Origin: Mycobacterium sp. | GTDB lineage: Bacteria; Actinomycetota; Actinomycetes; Mycobacteriales; Mycobacteriaceae | Direction: 5' to 3' | DNA length: 32,000 bases | Assembly: GCA_035721065.1 (NCBI GenBank) | Contig: DASTNJ010000031.1 | Location: 32,368 to 64,367 of the forward strand | In this document: positions 23,022 through 31,904 of the stretch, piece after piece | Position numbering within the stretch: the stretch's first letter is position 1 | How the letters are laid out: every line of letters begins with the position of its first letter | Notes under the pieces: generated by a model | The model's input: the letters and a program-made list of their open reading frames with translations, nothing else | What the model was told of the DNA's origin: nothing | Databases searched by the model: none | Translations under genes and position numbers: made by a program

Positions 23022-24590
23022 ATGAGTTTGCTGCTACCACCGGCGCAACTGGCCGTCTCGAGGACCGTGCCGCCGCCCGCCGCAGCGGCAGCCCTGGCGC
23101 GTAAACGTTTGCTGCGCAGGGCGATTGCTGCCTCGGCCATCGGGAATGCGACTGAGTGGTACGACTACGGCGTCTACGCCGTCGTCGCCACCTATCTCAC
23201 CGGTGCGTTCTTCCCGAACACGCTGGGCAACCTCGGCACCATGCTGGGCTTCGCGGTGTCGTTCGTGCTGCGGCCGCTGAGCGGCATGGTGTGGGGCCCG
23301 ATCGGGGACCGCTTCGGCCGCAAACCGGTGCTGATGGCCACCGTGACCCTGATCGCCGTGGCGACCACGCTGATCGGCGTGCTGCCCACCTACGCGGTCG
23401 CCGGCTGGTTGGCGCCGGTGTTGCTGATCGGCCTGCGGGTGGTGCAGGGATTCTCCACCGGCGGCGAATACAGCGGCGCGGCAACGTTCATGGCCGAGTA
23501 CGCGCCCGACGACAAGCGCGGAAAGTACGGCAGCTTCCTGGAGTTCGGCGCGCTGGGCGGATTCGTGGCGGGCAGCGCGGTCGTGCTGACGCTGGAGATG
23601 GCGCTCACTCACGAGGAGATGGCCGCCTGGGGCTGGCGGATCCCGTTCCTGATCGCGCTGCCGCTGGGCATGATCGGGCTGCTGCTGCGCGCCCGAATGG
23701 ACGAGACGCCGGTGTTCACCGAGTGCGCGGCGTGCGAGGTGGTCACCGGGTCGGCGTGGAATCGACTGGTGGACCTGCTGTCCGGCCACACCCGGCCGAT
23801 CCTGGTGATGTTCGCGATGGTCGCCGCGCTCAACGTCATCGACTACACGCTGGTCACCTACCAGCCGACCTACCTGCATGCCGCCCTCGGGCTCGGCGAA
23901 CGCAGCCGCACCACCGTCGTCCTGGTGGGCGAGCTGGTGATGATGGCCGCCATCCCGTTCGCCGGAGCCTGGTCGGACCGGGTCGGCCGCAAACCGCTGT
24001 GGCGCGCCGCGCTGCTGGCGCTGGGCGTGCTGGCGCTGCCGATGTACTGGCTGATGGGGCAGGGAATCTTTTGGGCGATGGCCGGATTCGCGGTTCTGAG
24101 CCTGCTGTTCGCCGCGCCGCTGGCGATGGTGGCGGCGACGTTCCCGGCGATGTTCCCCACGCAGGTGCGCTACGCCGGCGTGGCGATCGCCGACAACGTG
24201 GCCGTCGCCCTGTTCGGCGGCACCGCGCCGATGGTGGCCGACTCGGTGATCGGCAGCACCGGCTGGCAGCTGTTCCCGGCGGCGTACCTGATGCTGGCGG
24301 TGGCGGTCGGTTTGGTGGCGCTGCGGTTCGTGCCGGAGACGGCCGGCTGCTCGCTGCGCGGCACCGACACCCCCGGCGTGCAGAGCGAGCTGGAACGCGA
24401 ACTGGCCGCCTACCCGCCGACCGAGCCGCTGGACGTGGCGGCGCTCGCCGCCGCCGCCCCCGCCCTCACCGCGCTGCCCGCCGAACTCGCGCCGCTGCAA
24501 GCACTTGCCAGTGTGTCGTCGTACAAACACGCACGCACGCGGGTGGGTGGCGTCCGCGGCTCGCGGCAGTGGGCGGCCGCTAGGGCTTGA
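23022..24590 (+). CDS. MFS transporter, metabolite:H+ symporter (MHS; ProP/KgtP-like) family
   Basis: GAGG lies 5 nt upstream of ATG 23022. The 522-aa product has about 12 hydrophobic segments. It shows the MHS N-terminal signature GNATEWYDYGVYAVVA and the MFS loop motifs GPIGDRFGRKP and WSDRVGRKP. The C-terminal tail is Ala/Pro-rich. The 3' end overlaps the embB 3' end convergently by 11 nt. Confidence 0.85.
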   Translation: MSLLLPPAQLAVSRTVPPPAAAAALARKRLLRRAIAASAIGNATEWYDYGVYAVVATYLTGAFFPNTLGNLGTMLGFAVSFVLRPLSGMVWGPIGDRFGRKPVLMATVTLIAVATTLIGVLPTYAVAGWLAPVLLIGLRVVQGFSTGGEYSGAATFMAEYAPDDKRGKYGSFLEFGALGGFVAGSAVVLTLEMALTHEEMAAWGWRIPFLIALPLGMIGLLLRARMDETPVFTECAACEVVTGSAWNRLVDLLSGHTRPILVMFAMVAALNVIDYTLVTYQPTYLHAALGLGERSRTTVVLVGELVMMAAIPFAGAWSDRVGRKPLWRAALLALGVLALPMYWLMGQGIFWAMAGFAVLSLLFAAPLAMVAATFPAMFPTQVRYAGVAIADNVAVALFGGTAPMVADSVIGSTGWQLFPAAYLMLAVAVGLVALRFVPETAGCSLRGTDTPGVQSELERELAAYPPTEPLDVAALAAAAPALTALPAELAPLQALASVSSYKHARTRVGGVRGSRQWAAARA

Positions 24591-27500
24591 TCCGGATCTG
24601 GCCCGGCGACCACCAGCCGGTGCGGGTCGCGGTGCCCAGGTCGATGTCGGCCGGCCGGGCCGCGATGATCGTGTCGTACTGCCGCAGCGAACCCCAGTCG
24701 CGGCCCCAGTCGCGAGACAGGTAGGTCGCCATCACGTGCGCCCGCAGCAGCACGTCGGTGATGCCCAGCAGGCCGCCGTTGACGCCGTCCTCCCAGGTGT
24801 CGGTGTCCTGCTTCTTGGCGTTGTAGTCCGGCGTGATGCGGAACTCGGGAACCTCGAGCACACCGTTGGCGTGCAGCATCGGGTGCTGGCAGGGGAACGC
24901 CATGCCGACCGCCCAGTCCATCAGCACCGGCGTCGACGAGCCGAGGTACTCCTGCACCGACTTGAGCTCGGGAACGCGCGGCGGCGTCACCGCGATCCAG
25001 TCGCGCGGGGTCAGCGACTTGTCCTCGGCGACCACCCGGACCGCGACCGCGTCATGCGGAATCTTCGCCCGCGGGTAGCGCAGGTTGCGCCACATCTTCG
25101 GCCACTCGCCGAACAGGTCGTAGGGCACCAGCCGGCCGCCGGGCACCGGCGCGCCGTCCGGGCCGGGCAGGCCGTACTCCAGTTCCACCGTCTGGCCGCT
25201 GGTGTAGCCCTTGAGCACGCTGAAACCGGAGACGGTGCCGGCGGCGGTCACCACCACCAGCGGGTGCGCGGCGTCCGGCGGCGGCAGCTGATACCAGGCC
25301 GACGTCAGCCTGCTCTGCTGCTGCACGTCGGAGGTGTAGGTGCCGGCCAACGGAACCCGGGCCGGATCCAGCTGGTAGGGCAGCGGCACGGTCGAGCCGT
25401 TGATGCCCGGCGTCTTCAGCTTCGCCGGGGCGTCCCAGTCGTAGTCGGTGCCCGGCTGGGTGATCGTCATCCGCAGCGACTCGGCGGTGACCCGCTCGGC
25501 CACTCCGTTCGGGGTGAAGCCGACCGGGTCCACCCCGCCGAGCGGCCCCAGCGGCCCGTAATCGCCGGGCAACGCGACCAGTGCGCCGTCGTTGGGGTCC
25601 GGTTCGACCAGCACGTCGTCGGCCTGACCGCAGCCGCCGGCGAACGCCCGGATGTTGGCCCATCCGTTGGAATAGGTGGGGTATTCGCGGATGATGCCGG
25701 CGACCATCGACGCGACGCCCACACACACCATCAGCCCGGCCGCCAGCGGCACCGGAGCCGCGGTCACCGCCCGGGCGAGGAAGCCTTCGCCGCGGTCGCG
25801 GGGGGCGAAATGCAGCCAGGCCGCCCACGCCGCAGCGATCACCGACAGCGCGAAAAACATTGTGCTGACGCTGATCCCGGCGATCCGCGGCATCGCGGCG
25901 TTGAACGGCACCCCGTAGCTGGACACGTACCACCAGCCGTTGGTGGTGGCGAAACACAGCGCCAGCAGGAACAGCACCGCGGCGGCGAACGCCATCCGGT
26001 TGCGCGACCAGCGCAGCACCTGGCGGGAGACCAGCACCGTCGTCAGGGCCGCCATCGCCCCGCCGACCGCCGCGAACAGGCCCATGTGGTGCACCCACTT
26101 GGTGGGGGTGAACATCAGGAAGAACATGGTGCCGAAGATGACGCCCATCAGCCGCCACGCCGGCCCGGTGGCCACGCCGGGAACCTTCTTGCGGCGCAAC
26201 AGGATGAACATCGCGGTGAACAGGCACAGCGCGGTGATCAGGAAGCCGAACCGCCGGGACAGGGAGCCGTCCACGGTGGGCAGGAAAAGGTAGTAGTAGC
26301 GCAGGTTCTCGGTGTACCAGGCCTGGCTGGGCCCGATCGCGGTGCGAATCCGGGTGGCCTCGACGACCGCGCGCGCCGTCTGGTCGGCGAGCACCACGGT
26401 CAGGATGACGAAGCCCGCCGCCAGCAGCGGGGCCACCAGCGGCCAGGTGCCGACTTGGCGGTGCCGGCGCACCAGGATCCGCATCAGCGGCCGGCCGGCG
26501 GCCACCAGGGCGGCCACCGCAATCAGGCCGGTGGGCTGGACGCCCAGCGTGAACGCGGCGCAGACGATGGCCAGCGCGGCCGGGGTCAGCCGGCTGGAGA
26601 TGATGGCCCGCTCGATCAGCACGTAGGTGATCAGCGAGCCGACGGCGATGATGCCCTCGGGTCGCAGCCCGTTGTTGAACGGCATCCAGGCCGCCAGCAG
26701 CACGGTGCCGGCCGCCCACAGCGCCGCGCGACTGCCCGCCACCGCCGGGCCGAACCGGGGCAGCACCTCGCGGCTCAGCAGCAGCCAGCAGACCAGCCCG
26801 GCGACCAGGTCGGGCAACCGGATCCAGATGCTCTGGTCGCTGATGTGGGTCATCAGCGCCAGCAGGTTGTAGTACCAGCCGAACGGGTCTTCCGGGCTGC
26901 CGAACCAGCGGAAGTAGTTGCTCATGTAGCCGGCGTGGTCGGCGACCCGGGCCATGCCGAGGATGTAGCCGTCGTCGGAGGAGTTGGCGCCGATCACGTA
27001 CCAGAGCAGGAACGCGAAGATCACCGCGACGTCGGCCAGGCTGAAGAACCGCCAGCGGGCGGGGATCAGCCGGTGCATCCGCCTGCCGTCCATCCGGTCC
27101 AGGCGCCACAGCGCGGCCAGCGCGACGACGGTGGCGGCGATCGCGCCGAGGATCGCGGCCAGCTTCAGCGCGGTCGGCCGGGTGGAGAACCGGGTGTCGA
27201 TGGTGGCGTGCAGTTCCAGGCCGGGCGGGGCCGGGCCGGTCAGGTCGGTGAACACGCCGACGATCTGCGGGCGCAGGTTCGGGTCCTCCCAGCCCGACTT
27301 CTCGGTGAGGCCGGTGAACGTGACGAACGTGCCGGCGTGCGACGAGGTGACGACGATGTCGTCGCAGCCCTTGGCGCCCTGGGTGCCTTCGACTTTGGCG
27401 CGCGGCACGCTGGCCAGCACCACGTTGCGGTCGGTGACGTCCACCTGTCCGGAGGCGACCGTGACGAACAGGCCGTTGAGTTTGGCGTCCTTACCGCCGG

Positions 27501-27873
27501 TCGGGGCGGTGCTGACGATGGTGCCGCCCTTCTCGGGCACCGAGCGGACCACCGAGCACGGCACGGTGACCGTCGCCTCGATCGGGGTCTGCGAGATCAG
27601 CGGCGCGGTCACGCTGGCGAGCTCATTGTGCTGCGGCCAGTTCAGTGCGGCGGTGGTCTGCACCACCGGCAGCAGCGGGGTGGCCACCGACAGCACGAAG
27701 CCGACCAGGCCGGCGATCGCGGCGACCCAGCGGGTGATCTTGAGTTCGTTTGCTGTCACGGGCTGGTCGGTTCGCGACCCGCGGCGTGCGGCTTCGCCGC
27801 CCTTGCGATCGCTCGGCGTCAGGTCGGTTCGCGACCCGCGGCGTGCGGCTTCGCCGCCCTTGCGATCGCTCAC
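24580..27873 (-). CDS. embB: Arabinosyltransferase EmbB (GT-C; ethambutol target)
   Basis: It is colinear with the remembered Rv3795. Shared stretches include [99 protein letters not shown] and the C-terminus SPGQIRIKP. The start is ambiguous. GTG 27873 overlaps the embA stop (GTGA) and gives 1097 aa including 38 repeat-encoded residues. GTG 27759 ([11 protein letters not shown]) gives 1059 aa. Confidence 0.9.
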   Translation of the reverse strand: MSDRKGGEAARRGSRTDLTPSDRKGGEAARRGSRTDQPVTANELKITRWVAAIAGLVGFVLSVATPLLPVVQTTAALNWPQHNELASVTAPLISQTPIEATVTVPCSVVRSVPEKGGTIVSTAPTGGKDAKLNGLFVTVASGQVDVTDRNVVLASVPRAKVEGTQGAKGCDDIVVTSSHAGTFVTFTGLTEKSGWEDPNLRPQIVGVFTDLTGPAPPGLELHATIDTRFSTRPTALKLAAILGAIAATVVALAALWRLDRMDGRRMHRLIPARWRFFSLADVAVIFAFLLWYVIGANSSDDGYILGMARVADHAGYMSNYFRWFGSPEDPFGWYYNLLALMTHISDQSIWIRLPDLVAGLVCWLLLSREVLPRFGPAVAGSRAALWAAGTVLLAAWMPFNNGLRPEGIIAVGSLITYVLIERAIISSRLTPAALAIVCAAFTLGVQPTGLIAVAALVAAGRPLMRILVRRHRQVGTWPLVAPLLAAGFVILTVVLADQTARAVVEATRIRTAIGPSQAWYTENLRYYYLFLPTVDGSLSRRFGFLITALCLFTAMFILLRRKKVPGVATGPAWRLMGVIFGTMFFLMFTPTKWVHHMGLFAAVGGAMAALTTVLVSRQVLRWSRNRMAFAAAVLFLLALCFATTNGWWYVSSYGVPFNAAMPRIAGISVSTMFFALSVIAAAWAAWLHFAPRDRGEGFLARAVTAAPVPLAAGLMVCVGVASMVAGIIREYPTYSNGWANIRAFAGGCGQADDVLVEPDPNDGALVALPGDYGPLGPLGGVDPVGFTPNGVAERVTAESLRMTITQPGTDYDWDAPAKLKTPGINGSTVPLPYQLDPARVPLAGTYTSDVQQQSRLTSAWYQLPPPDAAHPLVVVTAAGTVSGFSVLKGYTSGQTVELEYGLPGPDGAPVPGGRLVPYDLFGEWPKMWRNLRYPRAKIPHDAVAVRVVAEDKSLTPRDWIAVTPPRVPELKSVQEYLGSSTPVLMDWAVGMAFPCQHPMLHANGVLEVPEFRITPDYNAKKQDTDTWEDGVNGGLLGITDVLLRAHVMATYLSRDWGRDWGSLRQYDTIIAARPADIDLGTATRTGWWSPGQIRIKP
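27765..27871. repeat. MIRU-like tandem repeat at the embA/embB junction (2 perfect 50-bp copies, 57-bp period)
   Basis: GGTCGGTTCGCGACCCGCGGCGTGCGGCTTCGCCGCCCTTGCGATCGCTC occurs at 27765-27814 and again at 27822-27871, separated by GGCGTCA. The 57-bp period equals 19 codons. On the - strand each copy reads [16 protein letters not shown] in the embB frame. Confidence 0.85.
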
Positions 27874-30800
27874 GGCAGTGCCCGAATCGGTCCGGGGCGA
27901 CTCCAGCCCTTGACGGTCACGGTGCCCTGCTCGACCTCGGCGGCCGGCGCCTGCGCGGCGGGGATCAGCCGGTGATACTGCTCGACGGCGCCCCACTCGC
28001 GGTACCAGTCGTTGTCGAGGTAGGTCGAGACCGTCGTCGTCCACAGCATCGCCTGGGTGAACAGGAACGGCCCGCCGTCCTCGCTGGACTGCCACAGGTT
28101 CGACGACGCCGCGGTCTGCTTGTGGTCGGGCATGATTCGGTACTCCGGTAGTTCGGCGATCCCGAGGTGCTCGGTGAACTGCCGCTGGCAGGGGAAGTTG
28201 GCCGCGGTGGCGATGTCGGCCAAAACCGGGGTCTGCGTGCCGATCAGCTGCTGGAGGGTCTGGGTGACCGGGACCCGCGGCGGGGTGAACGCGATCCACT
28301 GCTCGCTGGACAGGTTCGGGTCGTCGGCGACGATGCGCACCACGTTGGTGCCCGGCGGTGCCCAGGCCAGCGGGAAACGCAGGTTGCGCCAGGCGTTCTG
28401 CGGGCCGGGCTCGATCGGCTCGGACTGGCTCAGCGCGTGGTAGCCGTCGTCGTTGTGCACGCCCCACTCCAGTTTCAGCCGCTGCCCGTACTCAAGCTTG
28501 CCGTCCTCCTTGTGCGACCAGATCGCGCCGGCGGCGCTGAACACCACCAGCTTTCGGTTCGGGGCCGGCGGGGGCAGCTGATACCAGACCGAGGTGGCGT
28601 GCGCGGCGATCCGGTTCTCGTTGTAGCTGCCCAGCACCGGGACGACGGCCGGGTTCAGTCCGAACGGCAGCTTCACCCGGGAGCCGTTGACGCCGGCCGG
28701 CTCGTTGTCGGGGATGCGGCCGCCGGCGGTGCCGGCCGAGTCGCTCTGGTTGGCGCTCGGCTTGTTGGGCGAAGCGTCGGAGTTGACGACACCGGGTTTG
28801 GCGATGACGGCCAGCGAGGTCAGGTCGTCGTCAACGGCGTTGGGGGAGAAGCCGACCGGGTTGACGCCGCCCAGCGGGCCCAGCGCCCCGAACTGCTGAC
28901 CCGGAACCGGTTGCAGCAGACCGACATTGGGGTCCGGCTCGGTGAGCACCTCGTCGGCCATCCCGCAGCTGGTGGGCGACAGGCCCGACGCCAGCGCCTG
29001 CACGTTGGCCTTGGCGATGGTGTACGCGGGGTAGCGGCCGGCGGCGCCCTTGAGCATCGAGCCGACCTCGAGCAGCACCATGAACGACGCCAAAAGCAGC
29101 AGCGGGGTGGACGCCAGGATCCGGTTGCGCCGGCTCGGCGTCACCTCGGTGTGCCCGGCGTAGTCCAGCCGGAAGTGCTGCCAGCCGGCCAGCAGCCCGG
29201 TGATGATCGAGGCCGCCAGGAACATCGTGGTGACCGGGCGGCTGGCGATCACCGGCGGGATGTCGAACCACGGCACCCCGTAGTTGCCGGTGTAGAACCA
29301 GCCGTTGATCCCCGAGGTGGCCCAGGCGACGACGAACAGCAGCGCGGTGACATACAGCGACAGGTTGCGGCGGCTGTGCAGCCCGACTTTGGCGAAGGTG
29401 AACGCGGTGACCGCGCCCAGCGCGCCGGCCAGGCCGGCGAACGCGCCGAACTGCACCGCCCACTTGGTCGGGGTGAACGTCAGCAGCAGCAGACCGAGCG
29501 CGGTGCTGCCGACCAGCCGCCACAGTGGGCCGGTGGCCAGGCCGGGCAGCCGGCCGCGGCGCAGCAGCATCACCAGCAGGCCGAACACGCAGAACAGCAG
29601 GGTGAGGATGGCGAAGCGGCGGGCCATCGACCCGTCGACGTTCTCCTCGACGGTCAGGAAGTAGTAGCGCAGGAACTCCTGGTACCAGGCGATCGTCGGG
29701 CCGACCTTGTATTTGATCCGCCACGACTCGGCGACATTGGCCACGGTCTGCGCGCGGAACACCACCACGATGATCAGCGAGGCGGCGGCCGCCAGCACCG
29801 CCAGCGGCGGCAGCATGCCGTCCTGCGGGCGGCGGCGGCGGATGATCTGCGCGATCGGCCGGGCGCCGGCCAGCAGCGGGGCGATCGCGATCAGCCCCTG
29901 CGGCGCCAGCGTCGCCGACAGCAGCGCGGCCACGATGGCCGCGGCGGCCGGCACCAGTCGCCGGGTGGCGATCGTGTGCTCCACCAGCACCCAGGTGACC
30001 ATGACGCCCAGCGCGATCAGCGGTTCGGGCCGCAGCCCGTTGTTGAACGGCAGCCAGGCCGCGATGAAGACCGCGCCGGCTGTCCAGGTGGCCACCCGGT
30101 TGGCCGCCAGGCCGCCTTTGCCGGGGCCCAGCCGGGGGAGCACCGAGCGGCTGATGATCAGCCAGCAGGTCATGGCGGCGGCGGTGGCCGGCAGCCGCAT
30201 CCACACCCCGTCGGTGCTGACCTGCGCCAGCTTCGCCAGCAGGCTCTGGTACCAGTCGAACGGGGCCTCGGTGGTGCCGAAGTACCGGTAGTAGTTGGCG
30301 ACGTACCCGGCCTTCGGCGCGATCCGGGCGATGGTCAGGTTGTAGCCGTCGTCGCTGGAGGTGGCGCCGACGATGTGCCACAGGGCCAGGGTGCCGACCA
30401 CCGCGGCGTCGACGATCCAGTGGGCTTTGCGCCAGCGCTGCCACCGGAGCTGCCAGCTGCGGCGTGTCTTTCGCCCCGAGTGCGAATCCAGCACCGCCAG
30501 CGCGGCCGTGGCCAGCACCACCGCGAGCACACCCAGCGTCATGACCCCCGCCTTGAGGGTGGTGGGCGCGGTGATGAACCGGGTGTCGACGTCGATGCGC
30601 GCGCTCAGCCCCGGCTGCGGGGGCACCTTGAGCTCGGTGAAGATGCCGCCGATCTGTGGCTTCTTGTCGATCGGCAGGGTTTTGGCCGCACCGGGGATGC
30701 CGACGAAGTCGGCGCCGACCTCGCCGATGGTGGCCCACAGGTGCAGCTGGCTGCAGCCGCCGCTCTGCACCGCCGGGCGGGGTGCGGCCGCGGCCACCGA

Positions 30801-31163
30801 GTCCCGGAACGCCGCGAACACCACGTCTTTGGTGGCCCGCACGAACAGCCCGCTCTTGGTGGCGTCCACCCCGCCGGCCGGGATGGTGGACAGCACCAGG
30901 CCGCCGCCGGCGGGCAGGCTGGCCACCGCCGTGCAGGGGATGGAGATGTCCAGCGCCCGTGGCGCGCCGGACACCAGCGGAGCGGTGACGTCGCCGATGT
31001 TGCCGTCCGGCGTGGTTTGCTGCGGCCACAGGATGGCTGCGGTGGTCTGCCTCACCGGCAACAGCGGCGCGGCGGCGCACAGCAGCACCCCGGCGATGCC
31101 CGCGACGACGGCGACCAGCCGGGCGATCCGGTAACGGGACCGCTGGTTTCCGTCGGGGGACAC
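27870..31163 (-). CDS. embA: Arabinosyltransferase EmbA (GT-C)
   Basis: GTG 31163 gives [25 protein letters not shown] (M. tuberculosis EmbA: [21 protein letters not shown]). It is colinear throughout ([95 protein letters not shown]) and the C-terminus PGPIRALP is identical to my memory of Rv3794. Confidence 0.93.
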   Translation of the reverse strand: MSPDGNQRSRYRIARLVAVVAGIAGVLLCAAAPLLPVRQTTAAILWPQQTTPDGNIGDVTAPLVSGAPRALDISIPCTAVASLPAGGGLVLSTIPAGGVDATKSGLFVRATKDVVFAAFRDSVAAAAPRPAVQSGGCSQLHLWATIGEVGADFVGIPGAAKTLPIDKKPQIGGIFTELKVPPQPGLSARIDVDTRFITAPTTLKAGVMTLGVLAVVLATAALAVLDSHSGRKTRRSWQLRWQRWRKAHWIVDAAVVGTLALWHIVGATSSDDGYNLTIARIAPKAGYVANYYRYFGTTEAPFDWYQSLLAKLAQVSTDGVWMRLPATAAAMTCWLIISRSVLPRLGPGKGGLAANRVATWTAGAVFIAAWLPFNNGLRPEPLIALGVMVTWVLVEHTIATRRLVPAAAAIVAALLSATLAPQGLIAIAPLLAGARPIAQIIRRRRPQDGMLPPLAVLAAAASLIIVVVFRAQTVANVAESWRIKYKVGPTIAWYQEFLRYYFLTVEENVDGSMARRFAILTLLFCVFGLLVMLLRRGRLPGLATGPLWRLVGSTALGLLLLTFTPTKWAVQFGAFAGLAGALGAVTAFTFAKVGLHSRRNLSLYVTALLFVVAWATSGINGWFYTGNYGVPWFDIPPVIASRPVTTMFLAASIITGLLAGWQHFRLDYAGHTEVTPSRRNRILASTPLLLLASFMVLLEVGSMLKGAAGRYPAYTIAKANVQALASGLSPTSCGMADEVLTEPDPNVGLLQPVPGQQFGALGPLGGVNPVGFSPNAVDDDLTSLAVIAKPGVVNSDASPNKPSANQSDSAGTAGGRIPDNEPAGVNGSRVKLPFGLNPAVVPVLGSYNENRIAAHATSVWYQLPPPAPNRKLVVFSAAGAIWSHKEDGKLEYGQRLKLEWGVHNDDGYHALSQSEPIEPGPQNAWRNLRFPLAWAPPGTNVVRIVADDPNLSSEQWIAFTPPRVPVTQTLQQLIGTQTPVLADIATAANFPCQRQFTEHLGIAELPEYRIMPDHKQTAASSNLWQSSEDGGPFLFTQAMLWTTTVSTYLDNDWYREWGAVEQYHRLIPAAQAPAAEVEQGTVTVKGWSRPGPIRALP

Positions 31164-31171
31164 GAGGGTCG

Positions 31172-31177
31172 ATGTTA
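31172..31177 (-). promoter_or_regulatory. Candidate -10 hexamer TAACAT for a leaderless or short-leader embA transcript
   Basis: The reverse complement of 31172-31177 is TAACAT (TANNNT). Its 3' end lies 8 nt before GTG 31163. No Shine-Dalgarno sequence precedes the embA start. Confidence 0.3.
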
Positions 31178-31236
31178 TGCGACGGCGCAGGTGCTAGTGG
31201 GACCCGGCGTTGGGGCGCGTGGTGTCACGTCTGCCT

Positions 31237-31304
31237 TCGTCACACCCGCCCCACCAGCCTCCAAAAATTGACCATAGAAACAATTGCCCGCCTCTGAGCG
31301 ACAC
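31237..31304. repeat. Left inverted repeat of the cassette
   Basis: TCGTCACACCCGCCCCACCAGCCTCCAAAAATTGACCATAGAAACAATTGCCCGCCTCTGAGCGACAC. The inner 21 bp (31284-31304) are a perfect reverse complement of 31826-31846. Confidence 0.85.
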
Positions 31305-31305
31305 C

Positions 31306-31445
31306 GAGGGGTCGGCGGATCATGCGGTTCATCCGGTCGGCGGATGGTGCGGTTCATCCGGTCGGCGGATGGTGCGGATCACCCCGTCGGTGGATGGTTC
31401 GGATCACCCGGTCGGCGGAAAGCGCCACTTAGCCCGTCGGCGGGG
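31306..31445. repeat. Six phased 25-bp direct repeats, each containing an ATCCG-N5-CGGAT-type dyad
   Basis: 15-mers start at 31306, 31331, 31356, 31381, 31406 and 31431. They read GAGGGGTCGGCGGAT, ATCCGGTCGGCGGAT (twice, perfect dyad arms), ACCCCGTCGGTGGAT, ACCCGGTCGGCGGAA and AGCCCGTCGGCGGGG. The full 25-mers at 31321-31345 and 31346-31370 are 23/25 identical. Confidence 0.85.
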
Positions 31446-31788
31446 CACCGGGGTTGTTCGGGCCGGATCGGCCACCACGCAAGCTGTCGGCTTCGTCGCG
31501 CAGCGCCATCACCCGCTGGTGGATTCGGTATTCGGTTGCGCGCGGCATCTGCGCCGGCCCGTAAAGCGCACGCCCGCGCCGGTACACCCGGCCGTATCGT
31601 CGCTCCCAGCGCAATGCGTCCGATATTGCCTTCGACGCTCGCCCGTTGACGCAAAAGCCATGGTGGGCCAGGGCTTCGATGAGTTCGGCGATCGTCGCGG
31701 TGCCGTGCTGGAACAGCTGCATGGTGAGTACGTAGCGCAGTTCGATGCCGCGGAGGCACCGACGCTGCCTGTTGTTGGTTGTGTTCAT
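31429..31788 (-). CDS. Small (119 aa) putative winged-helix / HTH DNA-binding protein, family not recognised
   Basis: ATG 31788 has GAGGG about 7 nt upstream. Third codon positions are predominantly G/C. The core LTMQLFQHGTATIAELIEALAHHGFCVNGRASKAISDALRWERRYGRVYRRGRALYGP looks like helix-turn-helix plus wing. The tail is basic. Confidence 0.6.
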   Translation of the reverse strand: MNTTNNRQRRCLRGIELRYVLTMQLFQHGTATIAELIEALAHHGFCVNGRASKAISDALRWERRYGRVYRRGRALYGPAQMPRATEYRIHQRVMALRDEADSLRGGRSGPNNPGAPPTG

Positions 31789-31825
31789 GGTCCGACCCTC
31801 TAACGCGGGTCTGACATCGCGGCGT

Positions 31826-31893
31826 GTGTCGCTCAGAGGCGGGCAACTGTCTCTGTGGTCGATTTTCGGGGGAGGGTGGGGCTGGAGTGACGA
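31826..31893. repeat. Right inverted repeat of the cassette
   Basis: GTGTCGCTCAGAGGCGGGCAACTGTCTCTGTGGTCGATTTTCGGGGGAGGGTGGGGCTGGAGTGACGA. Its reverse complement aligns without gaps to 31237-31304 with 10 mismatches. Confidence 0.85.
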
Positions 31894-31904
31894 CTGCCGG
31901 CAGC

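Larger units (their letters stand above)
31237..31893. mobile_element. 657-bp inverted-repeat-bounded cassette (possible non-autonomous mobile, invertible or regulatory module) upstream of embA
   Basis: It has 68-bp imperfect terminal inverted repeats (58/68 by my count). The flanks read CTGCC on both sides (31231-31235 and 31894-31898). The interior holds one small wHTH-like ORF and a 25-bp repeat array. There is no transposase. Confidence 0.35.

Noticed and set aside
24505-27975. 1156-aa + strand ORF, together with the 1034-aa + strand ORF at 28167-31271 and the 685/749-aa - strand alternative frames
   Set aside because: They are antisense or out of frame relative to embB and embA, which are unambiguously identified by colinear conserved sequence.
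27874-28467. Extension of the embB ORF to the 1295-aa maximum (start at 28467)
   Set aside because: It would overlap about 600 nt of the embA 3' coding region. The extra residues are Arg/Pro-rich with no EmbB similarity. Sensible starts are GTG 27873 (GTGA coupling) or GTG 27759.
31306-31445. Possible CRISPR array (regular 25-bp periodicity), considered together with the 57-bp repeat at 27765-27871
   Set aside because: The repeats are contiguous with no unique spacers between them. There are only 2-6 degenerate copies and no cas genes in the window.
31237-31893. Insertion sequence (IS) annotation for the inverted-repeat-bounded cassette
   Set aside because: No transposase-like ORF is present. 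The only credible ORF is a 119-aa HTH-like protein. At 657 bp it is too small for an autonomous IS. It is kept only as a hypothesis for a non-autonomous or invertible element.
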